Shown: positions 10,570-21,547, numbered from the stretch's first letter. The stretch: 32,000 bases of DNA from Buchnera aphidicola str. APS (Acyrthosiphon pisum) (GCF_000009605.1 NC_002528.1:390001-422000), one strand, 5' to 3'. Notes: generated from the sequence alone by a model not told the origin. Numbers and translations: made by a program.

Positions 10570-11544
10570 TTAATAAGAAATTTTTTTAAGATCATTATTT
10601 AACATATAAAATTTGTATTTTTTCATACATTCTAAAGAGCAGCAACTGTGAAATTTAACAGAACAGTTTTCACATTGAATAAAAAGAAGATGACACGAGC
10701 TGTACTTACAGTTAATATAAACATCAGAGGATTTCCCACATTGCTTACAATATGATATTACTTCATCTGAAATTTTCTCACTCATTCGATTATCAAAAAC
10801 AAAACTTTTCCCTTTAAACAAAACGGGTAACCCATTTTTTCGAGCATCGTGTACATAACCAATAATACCTCCTTCTAAATGATAAACATGTTTAAAACCA
10901 TTAAAAAGCATCCAAGAAGTTGCTTTTTCACAACGAATGCCACCTGTACAATACATAACAATTTTTTTATTTTTAGCATATGCCATTAATTGTATTACTT
11001 TTTTTAATTGTTCTCGAAAAGTAATGCTTTTAATTTCTATCGCATTCTCAAAATGACCAATAGCATATTCATAAGAATTTCGCATATCAATGAATATTGT
11101 CTTTTTATCATTTAACATCGAATTAACTTGTTCTGATTGAATGTAAATACCCACATTATTAGGGTTAAAAAAATGTTCTTTAATTCCATCTTGTACAATT
11201 TTTTTTTTAATTTTAACACAAAGAACCCAAAAAGATTTCTCATTATCTAATGATTTATTAATACGTAAATTATTTAGCTCTATATCGAAATTATATAAAA
11301 ATTTTTTTAAAATAGAATAATATTTTTTAGGAACACTAATTTGAGCGTTGATACCTTCAGATGCTACATAAATTCGGCCTAAAACATTATATTTATAAAA
11401 AGTTTTATAAAGTCTATCACGATATTCTTGAGTGTTTTTAATAAAAAAATATTTATAGAAAGATAGTGTTAAACGAGGTTCTGTTTCAAAAAACATACGT
11501 CTTTTTAGTTCTTTTTTAGAAACAATATTATGTAAAATTGACAT
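10570..11544 (-). CDS. trhO: tRNA uridine(34) hydroxylase / rhodanese-domain protein TrhO (YceA)
   Basis: 324 aa; GRIYVASEGINAQISVP, FIDMRNSYEYAIGHFENAI, KIVMYCTGGIRCEKATSWMLFNGFKHVYHLEGGI, C-terminal Cys-rich segment. Confidence 0.92.
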   Translation of the reverse strand: MSILHNIVSKKELKRRMFFETEPRLTLSFYKYFFIKNTQEYRDRLYKTFYKYNVLGRIYVASEGINAQISVPKKYYSILKKFLYNFDIELNNLRINKSLDNEKSFWVLCVKIKKKIVQDGIKEHFFNPNNVGIYIQSEQVNSMLNDKKTIFIDMRNSYEYAIGHFENAIEIKSITFREQLKKVIQLMAYAKNKKIVMYCTGGIRCEKATSWMLFNGFKHVYHLEGGIIGYVHDARKNGLPVLFKGKSFVFDNRMSEKISDEVISYCKQCGKSSDVYINCKYSSCHLLFIQCENCSVKFHSCCSLECMKKYKFYMLNNDLKKISY

Positions 11545-11600
11545 TTAAAAATCCTATAATTATTATATTATCAGAAGAATATAGAAAAAATATCATACAG

Positions 11601-14468
11601 TTACTTTTTATAAGACATATTTCTAAATATTTTTATTTGTTCAGATAATTTTAGATTTATTTCATTTAATTTTAATAATTTATTTTTTTCCTGTGTTACT
11701 ATTTTTGTAGGAGCATAAGATAAAAAATCTTTATTTAAAATTTTAGTTTTAATTTTAAATATGTTAAGTTCTGTTTTTTTTTGCTCTTTTACTAATCTTT
11801 TTAATTCCACTTTAGTATCTACTAATTTTAATATAGGTATTATAATTTCGGCACCATCTATTATTTCTTTTATACATAAGTCTTTATCATATTTTTCAGA
11901 AAGTATTGTAATCTTATCTAAAAACGATATATTTTTTATTAATGAAATATTTTCTTTGATAACTTTTTCTTGTTCAGAATTGATATTATATAAAAATAAT
12001 GGTAATAATTTTGTTGAACTAACATTCATATTAGTTCTAATATTTCTCAGAAATACAATTATTTTTTTCATCCAATTCATTTGAACTAATATTTTTTTAT
12101 CAAATAATTTATGATTATACTCTGGAAAATCTTGCAACATAATAGTCTTTTCTGAAATATTTTGAATTAATTTTATGCGTTGCCAAATTGTTTCAGTTAT
12201 AAAAGGCATGATAGGATGAGCTAATTTTAAGAGCAACTCTAAAACATACACTAAAACATTTTTAGTACAATATACTTCTTTAGAAGAGCCTAATTTAATG
12301 ACTATTTTAACAAATTCTAAATACCAATCACAAAATATATTCCAAATAAAATCATATAAAATATTAGCAGCAATATCAAAACGATAAGTATCTAATGATT
12401 CACGATACAATTTTACTGTGTTATTAAATTCTATTAAAATCCATTTATTTATTAATAACATCTTTCTTTTAACATCAAATTTTGAAAAATTATGATCTTG
12501 TGTATTAATTAAAACAAATCGACTAGCATTCCAAAGTTTATTACAAAAGTTACGATATCCTTTTAATCGATTCATATCCCATTGTATATCGCGTGTACTA
12601 GATGCCAATGCAGAGAAAGTAAACCGTAATGCATCTGTGCCAGTAGATTTAATGCCTTCTGGAAATTGTTTAATAGTACGTTGAATTATTTTATCAGACA
12701 AATTTGGTTGTAATAAATTATTCGTTCTTTTTTTAATTAATTCACTTAAAGAAATTCCATCTATCATATCTAAGGGGTCAATTACATTTCCTTTTGATTT
12801 GGACATTTTTTTTCCAAATTCATCTCGAATTAATCCTGTTATATAAATATTTTTAAAAGGAACTTCAGGATTATTATGTTTATCTTTCATAAAATACATT
12901 GTCAACATAATCATTCTAGCAATCCAAAAGAAAATAATATCGAAACCACTTACTAAAACATTAGTAGGATGAAAAGTCTTTAAAAATGTAGTTTTCTTTG
13001 GCCATCCTAATGAAGAAAAAGTCCATAATCCAGAAGAAAACCAAGTATCTAATACATCATTTTCTTGTTTTAATAAGACATTCTCTGATATCGAATAAGC
13101 TTGACGTATTTCTTTTTCATTTTGACCAATATAAATATTTTTCTGATCATCATACCATACTGGAATACGGTGACCCCACCATAACTGTCGAGAAATACAC
13201 CAATCTTCAATATTATTCATCCAAGATGAATACATACTTTCATATTGTTGTGGTATAAATTTAATTTTTTTATCTTTTACGGCATTTAAAGCTACTTTAG
13301 CTAAAGTTGATGTTTTTAAATACCATTGATTTGTAAGCATCGGTTCTATAATAACACCGCTTCTCTCGCTATAAGGGACAGTAACATTACATTCTTCAAT
13401 TTTTTCCAAAAATCCTAATTTTGTAATTTCTTTAATAATTTCAATTCGTGCAGACAAAATATCTAAATGTTGAAATTGCATTGGAATGCATGTACTATAT
13501 TGATTAGATTTTTCACCTTTATAGTTATAAACTTCGGCCGTAGATTTGATACGCCCATCAAAAGTAAAAATATTAATCATTGGTAATTTATGATGTAATC
13601 CGACTTTATAATCATTAAAATCATGTGCAGGAGTAATTTTTACACAACCAGTTCCTTTTTCTAAATCAGCATATCTATCTTTAATTATAGGAATAATTCT
13701 ATTAGTTAAAGGACAGGAAACATGATTTCCAATAAATTGATTATATTTATAATCTTCAGGATTTACAGCAATAGCTGTATCACCTAATAAAGTCTCGGGT
13801 CTAGTAGTTGAAACTATTAAATATTTTACTTTACTTCTTAAGGACATATCATTTTCAATAATTGGATAACGAATAAACCATTTTTTTCCTTTTATTAAAC
13901 GATGCTCAACTTCTAAATCTGAAATAACAGTTTCTAATTTTGAGTCCCAATGTACTAATTTTTTTTTCTGGTAAATTAAATTATTTTTATATAATATAAT
14001 AAAAGCTTCTCTAACAGAATTAGAAATATCAGGATCTAAAGTAAATTTTTCGTAATCCCAATCTACTGATATTCCTAGACGTCGCATTTGTTTTGTAATA
14101 ATATTACTTGATTGTTTTTTCCATTCCCAAATTTTCTTAATAAAATCATCTCTGCTATAATCTTTTTTAGTCTTCTGTTCTTTTTCAAAAATTTGACGTT
14201 CAACTAAAATTTGTGTTGCTATTCCAGCATGATCTGTTCCTACTTGCCAAAATGTGTTTTTTCCCTGCATTCTATGATAACGAATCAATATATCCATAAT
14301 GGTTTGTTGAAATGCATGTCCCATATGCAAGCTTCCTGTAATATTAGGAGGAGGCATCATAATACAAAAAGTTGATTTTTCTAAATGATTAGGTTTAAAA
14401 AACCCATTTTTTTCCCAAAAAAAATATAAAGATTCTTCGATATGTTTAGGATTATAAATTTTTTCCAT
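11601..14468 (-). CDS. valS: Valyl-tRNA synthetase
   Basis: 955 aa; MPPPNITGSLHMGHAFQQT, TRPETLLGDTA, WCISRQLWWGHRIPVWY, KMSKSKGNVIDP, C-terminal coiled coil. Confidence 0.97.
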   Translation of the reverse strand: MEKIYNPKHIEESLYFFWEKNGFFKPNHLEKSTFCIMMPPPNITGSLHMGHAFQQTIMDILIRYHRMQGKNTFWQVGTDHAGIATQILVERQIFEKEQKTKKDYSRDDFIKKIWEWKKQSSNIITKQMRRLGISVDWDYEKFTLDPDISNSVREAFIILYKNNLIYQKKKLVHWDSKLETVISDLEVEHRLIKGKKWFIRYPIIENDMSLRSKVKYLIVSTTRPETLLGDTAIAVNPEDYKYNQFIGNHVSCPLTNRIIPIIKDRYADLEKGTGCVKITPAHDFNDYKVGLHHKLPMINIFTFDGRIKSTAEVYNYKGEKSNQYSTCIPMQFQHLDILSARIEIIKEITKLGFLEKIEECNVTVPYSERSGVIIEPMLTNQWYLKTSTLAKVALNAVKDKKIKFIPQQYESMYSSWMNNIEDWCISRQLWWGHRIPVWYDDQKNIYIGQNEKEIRQAYSISENVLLKQENDVLDTWFSSGLWTFSSLGWPKKTTFLKTFHPTNVLVSGFDIIFFWIARMIMLTMYFMKDKHNNPEVPFKNIYITGLIRDEFGKKMSKSKGNVIDPLDMIDGISLSELIKKRTNNLLQPNLSDKIIQRTIKQFPEGIKSTGTDALRFTFSALASSTRDIQWDMNRLKGYRNFCNKLWNASRFVLINTQDHNFSKFDVKRKMLLINKWILIEFNNTVKLYRESLDTYRFDIAANILYDFIWNIFCDWYLEFVKIVIKLGSSKEVYCTKNVLVYVLELLLKLAHPIMPFITETIWQRIKLIQNISEKTIMLQDFPEYNHKLFDKKILVQMNWMKKIIVFLRNIRTNMNVSSTKLLPLFLYNINSEQEKVIKENISLIKNISFLDKITILSEKYDKDLCIKEIIDGAEIIIPILKLVDTKVELKRLVKEQKKTELNIFKIKTKILNKDFLSYAPTKIVTQEKNKLLKLNEINLKLSEQIKIFRNMSYKK

Positions 14469-14544
14469 TTTATTTAACTATTTTAATAAAAAAGGCGATA
14501 TTGCCATGTAATGATGATAGTATCTCAGTTGAAAATATATTTTT

Positions 14545-16044
14545 TTAATTATAAATATAATTAGACTGATTTAATAAAAATTGACATAATAATTCAACAG
14601 GACGTCCTGTTGCACCTGATTTTTTTCCTGATTTCCATGCCGTTCCAGCAATATCTAAATGTGCCCAATTATACTTTTTAGTAAATTTAGAAAGAAAACA
14701 AGCTGCAGTTATAGCTCCTGCTTTCCCTCGTCCTATATTAGAGAAATCTGCAATATCAGAATTTAATTCTTTATGATATTCTGAAAATAATGGTAAACTC
14801 CATATTTTATCATCTGTTTCCTGCGATGCATGGAGTAATTGATTTGATAACTCTTCATTATTACTAAAGAGTCCACTTACCGATTCCCCTAATGCTGTAA
14901 CACAAGCTCCAGTTAATGTCGCGACGTCAATGACTATATCAGGAGAAAAACGTTCTAAATATGTTAATGAGTCACATAAAACTAGACGTCCTTCAGCATC
15001 AGTATTTAATATTTCTACTGTTTGACCTGACATAGTAGTTAAAACATCTCCAGGTCTAAAAGAATGACTACCTACCATGTTTTCACAACCAGATAAAATT
15101 CCAATTACTGTTAAAGGTAATTGTAACTCAGCAGCCATAATTAAAGTTCCGTATACTGCTGCAGCACCACACATGTCATACTTCATTTCATGCATATGAA
15201 GAGCTGGTTTGATAGATATTCCTCCAGAATCGAAAGTCAAACCTTTTCCGACAAAAGCGATAATTTTTTTATTTACAATATTATTGCCAGAATATTTTAT
15301 TACAGACATGAATGGTTTATTTTTTGATCCATTTCCTACTGCTATATAAGCATTCATACCTAATTCTTTCATTTTTTTTATATCAATAATTTCCACAACA
15401 ATATTATTTTCATATTTTTTAGAAAGTTCTTGAGCTTTATAAGATAAATACAGAGGATTACAGATATTAGGTGGTAAATTGCTTAAGTTTTTTGTAGATG
15501 TAATTGCATGGTCAATAGCTAGTGCGTGTTTTAATGCTGTTTTTGCTATAAATAAATCATTTTTTTTTATTATATTTAATGTAATAGAATGTATATTAGT
15601 ATTTTTTATATTTATATTATTTATTTTAATTGTTTCATATAATGATTCTTTTAAAGAAAGAACCATTCTTCTAATCATCCAATATATATTATCAATATTA
15701 ATGTTAGAAAAAGAATAAACAATATTTGTTATAGATTTTTTTTTTATTGCGTGTATAGTATTTTTTAAGATTTTTTTAAAACGTATTATGTTGATTTCAT
15801 CTTTTTTTCCACATCCTACAAGTAATATTCTTTTTGAAAGTATCTTAGGAACTTTATACAACATAAGTGTATCTCCTATTTTTCCTTGAATATCACCTAG
15901 TTTAATTAAAGAAGTTATATGACCGTTGCTACATTTATCTAAATAAATGGCCGAATCGGAAAGTTCAGATAGTTCGAAAACAGAAACTACTATACAATCA
16001 GTTTTTTCTTTATCTAAGAAACAACTTTTTATAAAAAAATTCAT
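14545..16044 (-). CDS. pepA: Leucyl aminopeptidase A (M17)
   Basis: 499 aa; VGKGLTFDSGGISIKP, MKYDMCGAAAVYGT, NTDAEGRLVLCDSLTY, WAHLDIAGTAW. Confidence 0.97.
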   Translation of the reverse strand: MNFFIKSCFLDKEKTDCIVVSVFELSELSDSAIYLDKCSNGHITSLIKLGDIQGKIGDTLMLYKVPKILSKRILLVGCGKKDEINIIRFKKILKNTIHAIKKKSITNIVYSFSNINIDNIYWMIRRMVLSLKESLYETIKINNINIKNTNIHSITLNIIKKNDLFIAKTALKHALAIDHAITSTKNLSNLPPNICNPLYLSYKAQELSKKYENNIVVEIIDIKKMKELGMNAYIAVGNGSKNKPFMSVIKYSGNNIVNKKIIAFVGKGLTFDSGGISIKPALHMHEMKYDMCGAAAVYGTLIMAAELQLPLTVIGILSGCENMVGSHSFRPGDVLTTMSGQTVEILNTDAEGRLVLCDSLTYLERFSPDIVIDVATLTGACVTALGESVSGLFSNNEELSNQLLHASQETDDKIWSLPLFSEYHKELNSDIADFSNIGRGKAGAITAACFLSKFTKKYNWAHLDIAGTAWKSGKKSGATGRPVELLCQFLLNQSNYIYN

Positions 16045-16303
16045 GATTATTTCTCTATGTTTAAATAAGATGAATTAATTAAATTATCAAGATAATAAAA
16101 ACATCTCTAGGTTAATATCTTTATATAAAATTGATACTATTAATTTTATTATATTCCTATATAGTATAAATTTTTTTAATCATTATTTAATTAATAAATA
16201 TGATTCTTTTAAATTTTATTAAAAATATTATATACTATAAAACTAATCCTGCTTTAATTGCAATTTTTAAAAATATATTTTTATCTAATGATGAGACGTT
16301 AAT

Positions 16304-17320
16304 ATGAATAATCTTTATCAACGTGATTGTTTAAGACTATTAGATTTTACTTCTTTAGAATTACAAAATATAATTACACTGGCTCAAAAGCTAAAACAAT
16401 ATAAAAAAAACAATAAAGAAATTCAACTACTCAAAAAAAAAAATATTGCTTTAATTTTTGAAAAAGAATCCACTCGTACAAGATGCTCATTTGAAGTAGC
16501 TGCATTTGATCAAGGAGCTCATGTCACGTATCTTGGACCTGGTAGTACACATCTTGGAACAAAAGAGTCTATAGAAGATACTGCTAAAATACTCGGACGT
16601 TTATATGACGGTATTCAATATCGAGGACACCATCATAGTACAATAGAAATTTTAGCTAAAAATTCAAAAGTGCCAGTTTGGAATGGTTTGACTGAAAAAT
16701 TTCACCCTACACAATTGCTTGCTGATTTACTAACTATAAAAGAAATTTTTCCAGAAAGAAAATTTTATGAAATAAAATGTGCTTATGTTGGAGATGCACA
16801 TAATAATATGGGCAATAGTTTATTAGAAGCTGCGTCATTAGTTGGATTAGATTTACGTTTAGTAGCTCCTAAAGAATGTTGGCCCGAAAAAAATATATTT
16901 AAATTTTGTAAAGAACAAATGAAAAATAAAAAAGGGAATATAATATGTACTGAAAACATTAACGAAGGAGTAAAAAATGTAGATTTTATATACACTGATG
17001 TCTGGGTATCTATGGGAGAATCTCAAGAAGTATGGAAAAAAAGAATTGAATTATTGAGCTCTTATCAAGTAAATAGTTTAATGTTAAAAATAACTAATAA
17101 TCCACAAGTAAAAGTATTGCATTGCCTTCCTGCTTTACATGATCAAAAAACTTGTACAGTTAAATCTATATTAAAAAAATATGGTTTTAAAAATGGAATG
17201 GAAATAACAGATGAAGTTTTTCAAAAAAACCAAAAAATTATTTTCGAACAAGCAGAAAATAGATTGCATACTATTAAAGCTATTCTTGTATCTAGTTTAT
17301 TAAAAACTATTAAATTTTAA
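16304..17320 (+). CDS. argI: Ornithine carbamoyltransferase
   Basis: 338 aa; [80 protein letters not shown]. The argI versus argF label is arbitrary here. Confidence 0.95.
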   Translation: MNNLYQRDCLRLLDFTSLELQNIITLAQKLKQYKKNNKEIQLLKKKNIALIFEKESTRTRCSFEVAAFDQGAHVTYLGPGSTHLGTKESIEDTAKILGRLYDGIQYRGHHHSTIEILAKNSKVPVWNGLTEKFHPTQLLADLLTIKEIFPERKFYEIKCAYVGDAHNNMGNSLLEAASLVGLDLRLVAPKECWPEKNIFKFCKEQMKNKKGNIICTENINEGVKNVDFIYTDVWVSMGESQEVWKKRIELLSSYQVNSLMLKITNNPQVKVLHCLPALHDQKTCTVKSILKKYGFKNGMEITDEVFQKNQKIIFEQAENRLHTIKAILVSSLLKTIKF

Positions 17321-17438
17321 AAAATAATTATAGTGAACAATATAAATGCCTTTAACATACTCAATATTTTTTAATTTCTTTATACTGTTGAAAAACATTT
17401 CAAACAATCTTTTCTTCAACAATCAAGGAAAATAAATT

Positions 17439-18371
17439 TTGAGAAATTCTCTATATAAAAAAAATATTATTTCAATTAATGATCTTCAACGCAATGAATT
17501 AGAATTAGTTTTAAATAAATCTGCAATGCTAAAGAAAACACCACAACCTAATTTATTAAAAAATAAAGTTATTGCCAGTTGTTTTTTTGAGGCATCCACT
17601 CGCACTCGTTTGTCATTTGAAACTGCAATTTATCGATTAGGGGCTTCGATAGTAGGGTTTTCTGATGGGAATAATATTTCTTTAGAAAAAAAAGGAGAAA
17701 CATTAACAGACACTATTTCAGTGATTAGTTCTTATGTAGATGCAATTATTATTCGACATCCTCAAGAAGGATCTGCACGTTTAGCTGCAGAATTTTCTAA
17801 TAAAAAACCAATATTTAATGCAGGAGATGGAGCAAATCAACATCCTACACAAACACTATTAGATTTATTTACTATACAAGAAACACAAAATAGATTAACT
17901 CAATTAAATATAGCTATAGTCGGAGACCTTAAATATGGAAGAACAGTACATTCATTAACACAAGCATTAGCTAAATTTAAACACAATAAATTTTATTTTA
18001 TTTCACCTGATGCTTTAAAAATGCCAAATTATATTAACAATATGCTTGATAAAAAAGAAATTTACTGGAAAAGACATAATAATATTGAAGAAATAATTTC
18101 AGAAATAGATATTCTTTATATGACTCGTATTCAAAAAGAACGTCTCGATTCTACTGAATATGCCAATGCAAAATCAAAATTTGTATTGCGTGCTGCTATT
18201 TTAAAAAATGCACGTAATAATATGAAGATATTACATCCTTTACCTCGTATAGATGAAATAGATCGTGATGTTGACTATACCCCTTATGCTTGGTATTTTA
18301 AACAAGCAGCAAATGGTATTTATGCACGTCAAGCAATTTTATCTTTAGTACTAATAGAAAAACATTTATAA
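17439..18371 (+). CDS. pyrB: Aspartate carbamoyltransferase catalytic subunit
   Basis: 310 aa; TTG start with AAGGAA upstream; [60 protein letters not shown]. Confidence 0.97.
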
Positions 18372-18378
18372 TGAAAAT

Positions 18379-18843
18379 ATGGAAATAAATAAACTCCAAG
18401 TAGAAGCTATCAAATCTGGCAGTGTAATTGATCATATTCCTGAATATATCGGTTTTAAATTACTATCTTTATTTAGATTTACCGAGACAGAAAAACGTAT
18501 TACTATAGGTTTAAATCTTCCGTCTAAAAAATTAGGGAGAAAAGATATTATAAAGATTGAAAATACTTTTCTTAGTGACGAACAAATTAATCAATTAGCT
18601 ATTTATGCACCGCATGCTACTGTTAATTATATAAACGAATACAATCTAGTAAGAAAAGTTTTTCCAACTTTGCCTGAAACAATTGATAGAATTTTAATTT
18701 GTCCAAATAGTAATTGTGTTACTAATCATCATCTTATTAATTCTAGTTTTATTCTTAAAGAAGACCAATTTTTTAATATGAATTTGAAATGCAAATATTG
18801 TGAAAAAGAATTTTATAAGAAAATAGTTTTGTCTTGTCAATAA
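18379..18843 (+). CDS. pyrI: Aspartate carbamoyltransferase regulatory subunit
   Basis: 154 aa, directly after pyrB; [17 protein letters not shown], zinc-site cysteines CPNSNC...CKYCEKEF. Confidence 0.97.
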
Positions 18844-18888
18844 AAAAAAAATTAATATAATCTATTCAATACATGAGCGATATACTCC

Positions 18889-19275
18889 ATGAATCATATA
18901 ATTGAAACTAAAGATGCTCCTAAACCTATTGGACCTTATTCACAAGCTTTAAAAATTGATAATTTTATTATATTATCTGGACAAATACCGATCGATGTCA
19001 TATCCAACCAAATACCTGAAAATATTGCTGAACAAACTTACCTTGTATTAAAAAATATTAAATTAATCTTAGTTCATGCTAAGTTTCAAGTACACAATAT
19101 TATAAAAACTACTGTTTTTACTACTGATTTGAAAAAAATTAATATTATTAATGAAATTTATAAAAAATTTTTTATAGATAATAAGTCAAACTTTCCTGCT
19201 CGATCATGTGTAGAAGTTCAAAAATTACCTAAAAATGTAAAAATAGAAATTGAAGCAATGGCGTTTAAAAAATAA
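18889..19275 (+). CDS. ridA: RidA/YjgF enamine/imine deaminase
   Basis: 128 aa; DAPKPIGPYSQALKIDNFIILSGQIP, NFPARSCVEVQKLPKNVKIEIEAMA; follows pyrI as in E. coli. Confidence 0.96.
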   Translation: MNHIIETKDAPKPIGPYSQALKIDNFIILSGQIPIDVISNQIPENIAEQTYLVLKNIKLILVHAKFQVHNIIKTTVFTTDLKKINIINEIYKKFFIDNKSNFPARSCVEVQKLPKNVKIEIEAMAFKK

Positions 19276-19330
19276 TTTTTTAATCATAATTTATTTATTA
19301 AAATATTTAAAAAAGAATAAATACACTTAG

Positions 19331-19349
19331 TATGCCGCAAAGCGGCATA
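19331..19349. other. GC-rich perfect hairpin between convergent ridA and deaD
   Basis: TATGCCGC-AAA-GCGGCATA, 8-bp stem with 3-nt loop, 12 nt beyond the deaD stop codon; no immediate T-tract on its 3' side on either strand. Confidence 0.8.
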
Positions 19350-19361
19350 AAAAATACAAAA

Positions 19362-21167
19362 TTAAACATTTCTACGACGAAAAAAAGATGACTTAAATTC
19401 AGTTTTTTTAGGAGAGTTAGATTTATTGAAACTACCATCAGAAACACGACGGTTACTATTTTTATCTTTGTTAAAAATAGAACGATGAGTTGTCTTATTT
19501 TCATAATGTCTTGAATCTCGTAATAATTTCATATTAATTGGTTTATTTAATATTCTAGTACGATTAAAGGTTTGTAATAAATCTTTAGACATTCCCTTAG
19601 GCAATTCAATTGTCGAATAAGAAGAAAAAAGTTTAATATTACCAATATTACGACTATTAATATTTCCTTCATTAGCAATTGCTCCAACTATATGACGTAC
19701 TTCAACTCCATCATTACGACCTACTTCAATACGATATAACTCTGCGTCTTTATTGATATCACGACGATCGCGACGGGTTCGACTGTTTCGGTTGTCTTCG
19801 CGTCGACGATCGTCTTGGAACAATAAATCACGAGACTGACGTTTAATTACATCAGGTTTAATAATTAAAGGACGTTCTCCTTGAGCCATTTTTAACAAAG
19901 CGGCTGCTAAAGTTTTTATATCTAAATCATCTGTAGAGTATAATTTATCTAATAAAGCACTATATTCATCTAAATCTCGGCTTTCTAATTGTTGTTGTAC
20001 TTTTTTTGCGAATTGTTCAAGACGTCTTTGACATAATAATTCTACTTTAGGTAATTGTACTTCGGGAATAGATTGTTTCATAGTACGTTCAATATTACGT
20101 AGCAAACGACGTTCACGATTTTCAACAAATAATAACGCTCGACCTGCTCGACCTGCTCGACCTGTTCGACCTATACGATGAACATAAGATTCTGAGTCCA
20201 TAGGAATATCATAATTAATAACAAAACTTATACGATCAACATCTAAACCACGCGCCGCAACATCTGTAGCAATTAAAATATCTAATCTACCATTTTTTAA
20301 TCTTTCGAGAGTTTGTTCACGCAATGCTTGATTCATATCTCCATTTAACGCGGCACTATTATATCCATTACGTTCTAATGCTTCAGATACTTCTAAAGTT
20401 GCATTTTTAGTTCTTACAAAAATGATTGTAGCAGAAAAATCTTCGGCTTCTAAAAAACGAATTAATGCATCAGTTTTTCGACCATATACCATCCAATAAC
20501 TTTGTTTGATATCAGGACGTGTAGTAATATTGGACTGTATTTTTATTTCTTTTGGATTTCTCATGAATCGTTTAGAAATACGACGAATTGCTTCTGGCAT
20601 AGTAGCTGAAAATAATGCAGTTTGATGTTCCTTCGGAATTTGAGCCATAATTGTCTCTACATCTTCAATAAAACCCATACGTAACATCTCATCTGCTTCA
20701 TCTAAAACTAATCCATGTAAATTAGAAAGATTAAGTGTCCCTCTTTTTAAATGATCTAATAATCTACCTGGAGTTCCTACAACAATTTGAGGTCCTTGTC
20801 GTAGTGCACGTAATTGGAGTTCGTATCTTTGACCACCATACAAAGGTAACACATGAATTCCAATCATGTATTTAGAAAAATCTGAAAATGCTTCTGCTAC
20901 TTGGACGGCTAATTCTCTTGTAGGAGCTAATACTAATATTTGAGGAGCTTTTAAATTAATATTAAGATTGTGTAATAGCGGTAATGAAAAAGCAGCCGTT
21001 TTGCCACTTCCAGTTTGTGCCATTCCTAATACATCACGTCCTTCTAAAAGCAAGGGAATACAAGATGCTTGAATAGGGGAAGGTTTAACATATCCCATTT
21101 CATTTAAAGATTGAATAATAAAAGGATTTAAACCAAGAAAAGAAAATGTGCTTTCAATATGAGTCAT
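19362..21167 (-). CDS. deaD: DEAD-box RNA helicase DeaD/CsdA
   Basis: 601 aa; [51 protein letters not shown], and the conserved RNA-binding region [26 protein letters not shown]. Confidence 0.97.
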   Translation of the reverse strand: MTHIESTFSFLGLNPFIIQSLNEMGYVKPSPIQASCIPLLLEGRDVLGMAQTGSGKTAAFSLPLLHNLNINLKAPQILVLAPTRELAVQVAEAFSDFSKYMIGIHVLPLYGGQRYELQLRALRQGPQIVVGTPGRLLDHLKRGTLNLSNLHGLVLDEADEMLRMGFIEDVETIMAQIPKEHQTALFSATMPEAIRRISKRFMRNPKEIKIQSNITTRPDIKQSYWMVYGRKTDALIRFLEAEDFSATIIFVRTKNATLEVSEALERNGYNSAALNGDMNQALREQTLERLKNGRLDILIATDVAARGLDVDRISFVINYDIPMDSESYVHRIGRTGRAGRAGRALLFVENRERRLLRNIERTMKQSIPEVQLPKVELLCQRRLEQFAKKVQQQLESRDLDEYSALLDKLYSTDDLDIKTLAAALLKMAQGERPLIIKPDVIKRQSRDLLFQDDRRREDNRNSRTRRDRRDINKDAELYRIEVGRNDGVEVRHIVGAIANEGNINSRNIGNIKLFSSYSTIELPKGMSKDLLQTFNRTRILNKPINMKLLRDSRHYENKTTHRSIFNKDKNSNRRVSDGSFNKSNSPKKTEFKSSFFRRRNV

Positions 21168-21188
21168 GCAGTAGATATGCCTTTTAAG

Positions 21189-21215
21189 TTACAACGGCCA
21201 GTCTACATAGCTCAT
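21189..21215 (-). CDS. Candidate leader/upstream ORF of deaD, MSYVDWPL* (8 codons)
   Basis: Minus-strand ATG AGC TAT GTA GAC TGG CCG TTG TAA ending 21 nt upstream of the deaD ATG; matches the MMSYVDWPPL... extension in older E. coli DeaD annotation (from memory). Confidence 0.5.
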   Translation of the reverse strand: MSYVDWPL

Positions 21216-21547
21216 GATGAAAATATTTATTTATTCTCATTGAAAAGTATGAACCGGCGTAAATTAAATGATCTAAAAAATAAAATAATTGAATTTTTAA
21301 GAATCAACAATAGTATTTATTAGTTATTGCTAATGATTTTTTAAATATTAAAAATCTAAAAAAACAACATTAGCAACTTATTGAAGTTTATTTTTTTAAA
21401 AATTATATATTTATGTTATATAATAATTATATTAAAATAAAATGAATTAATTTTTATATTTTTTCTATTTATATAGATATTTTTAAAAAGATATAAATGT
21501 ATATTTTATCAAAAAAACATAAATGATATCAAATTAAATTAATTATA

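Noticed and set aside
11761-13258. Plus-strand ORFs 11761-12084 and 12998-13258
   Set aside because: Antisense to valS, Phe/Ile-rich shadows of Lys/Asn-rich codons, no recognizable motif.
14494-14505. GGCGATATTGCC near-palindrome followed on the minus strand by a T run after pepA
   Set aside because: Terminator-like, but the actual hairpin would have only about 3 stable pairs; insufficient to call a terminator.
15479-16995. ORFs 15479-15718 (+) and 16783-16995 (-)
   Set aside because: Antisense to pepA and argI respectively; no motif support.
18371-18385. TAATG overlap suggesting a tiny coupled ORF (ATG AAA ATA TGG AAA TAA) between pyrB and pyrI
   Set aside because: Only 5 codons, overlapping the real pyrI start (18379); chance occurrence is likely.
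19307-19504. 65-aa ORF on the minus strand in another frame
   Set aside because: Mostly out-of-frame overlap with the deaD 3' end; hydrophobic string produced by A/T-rich composition.
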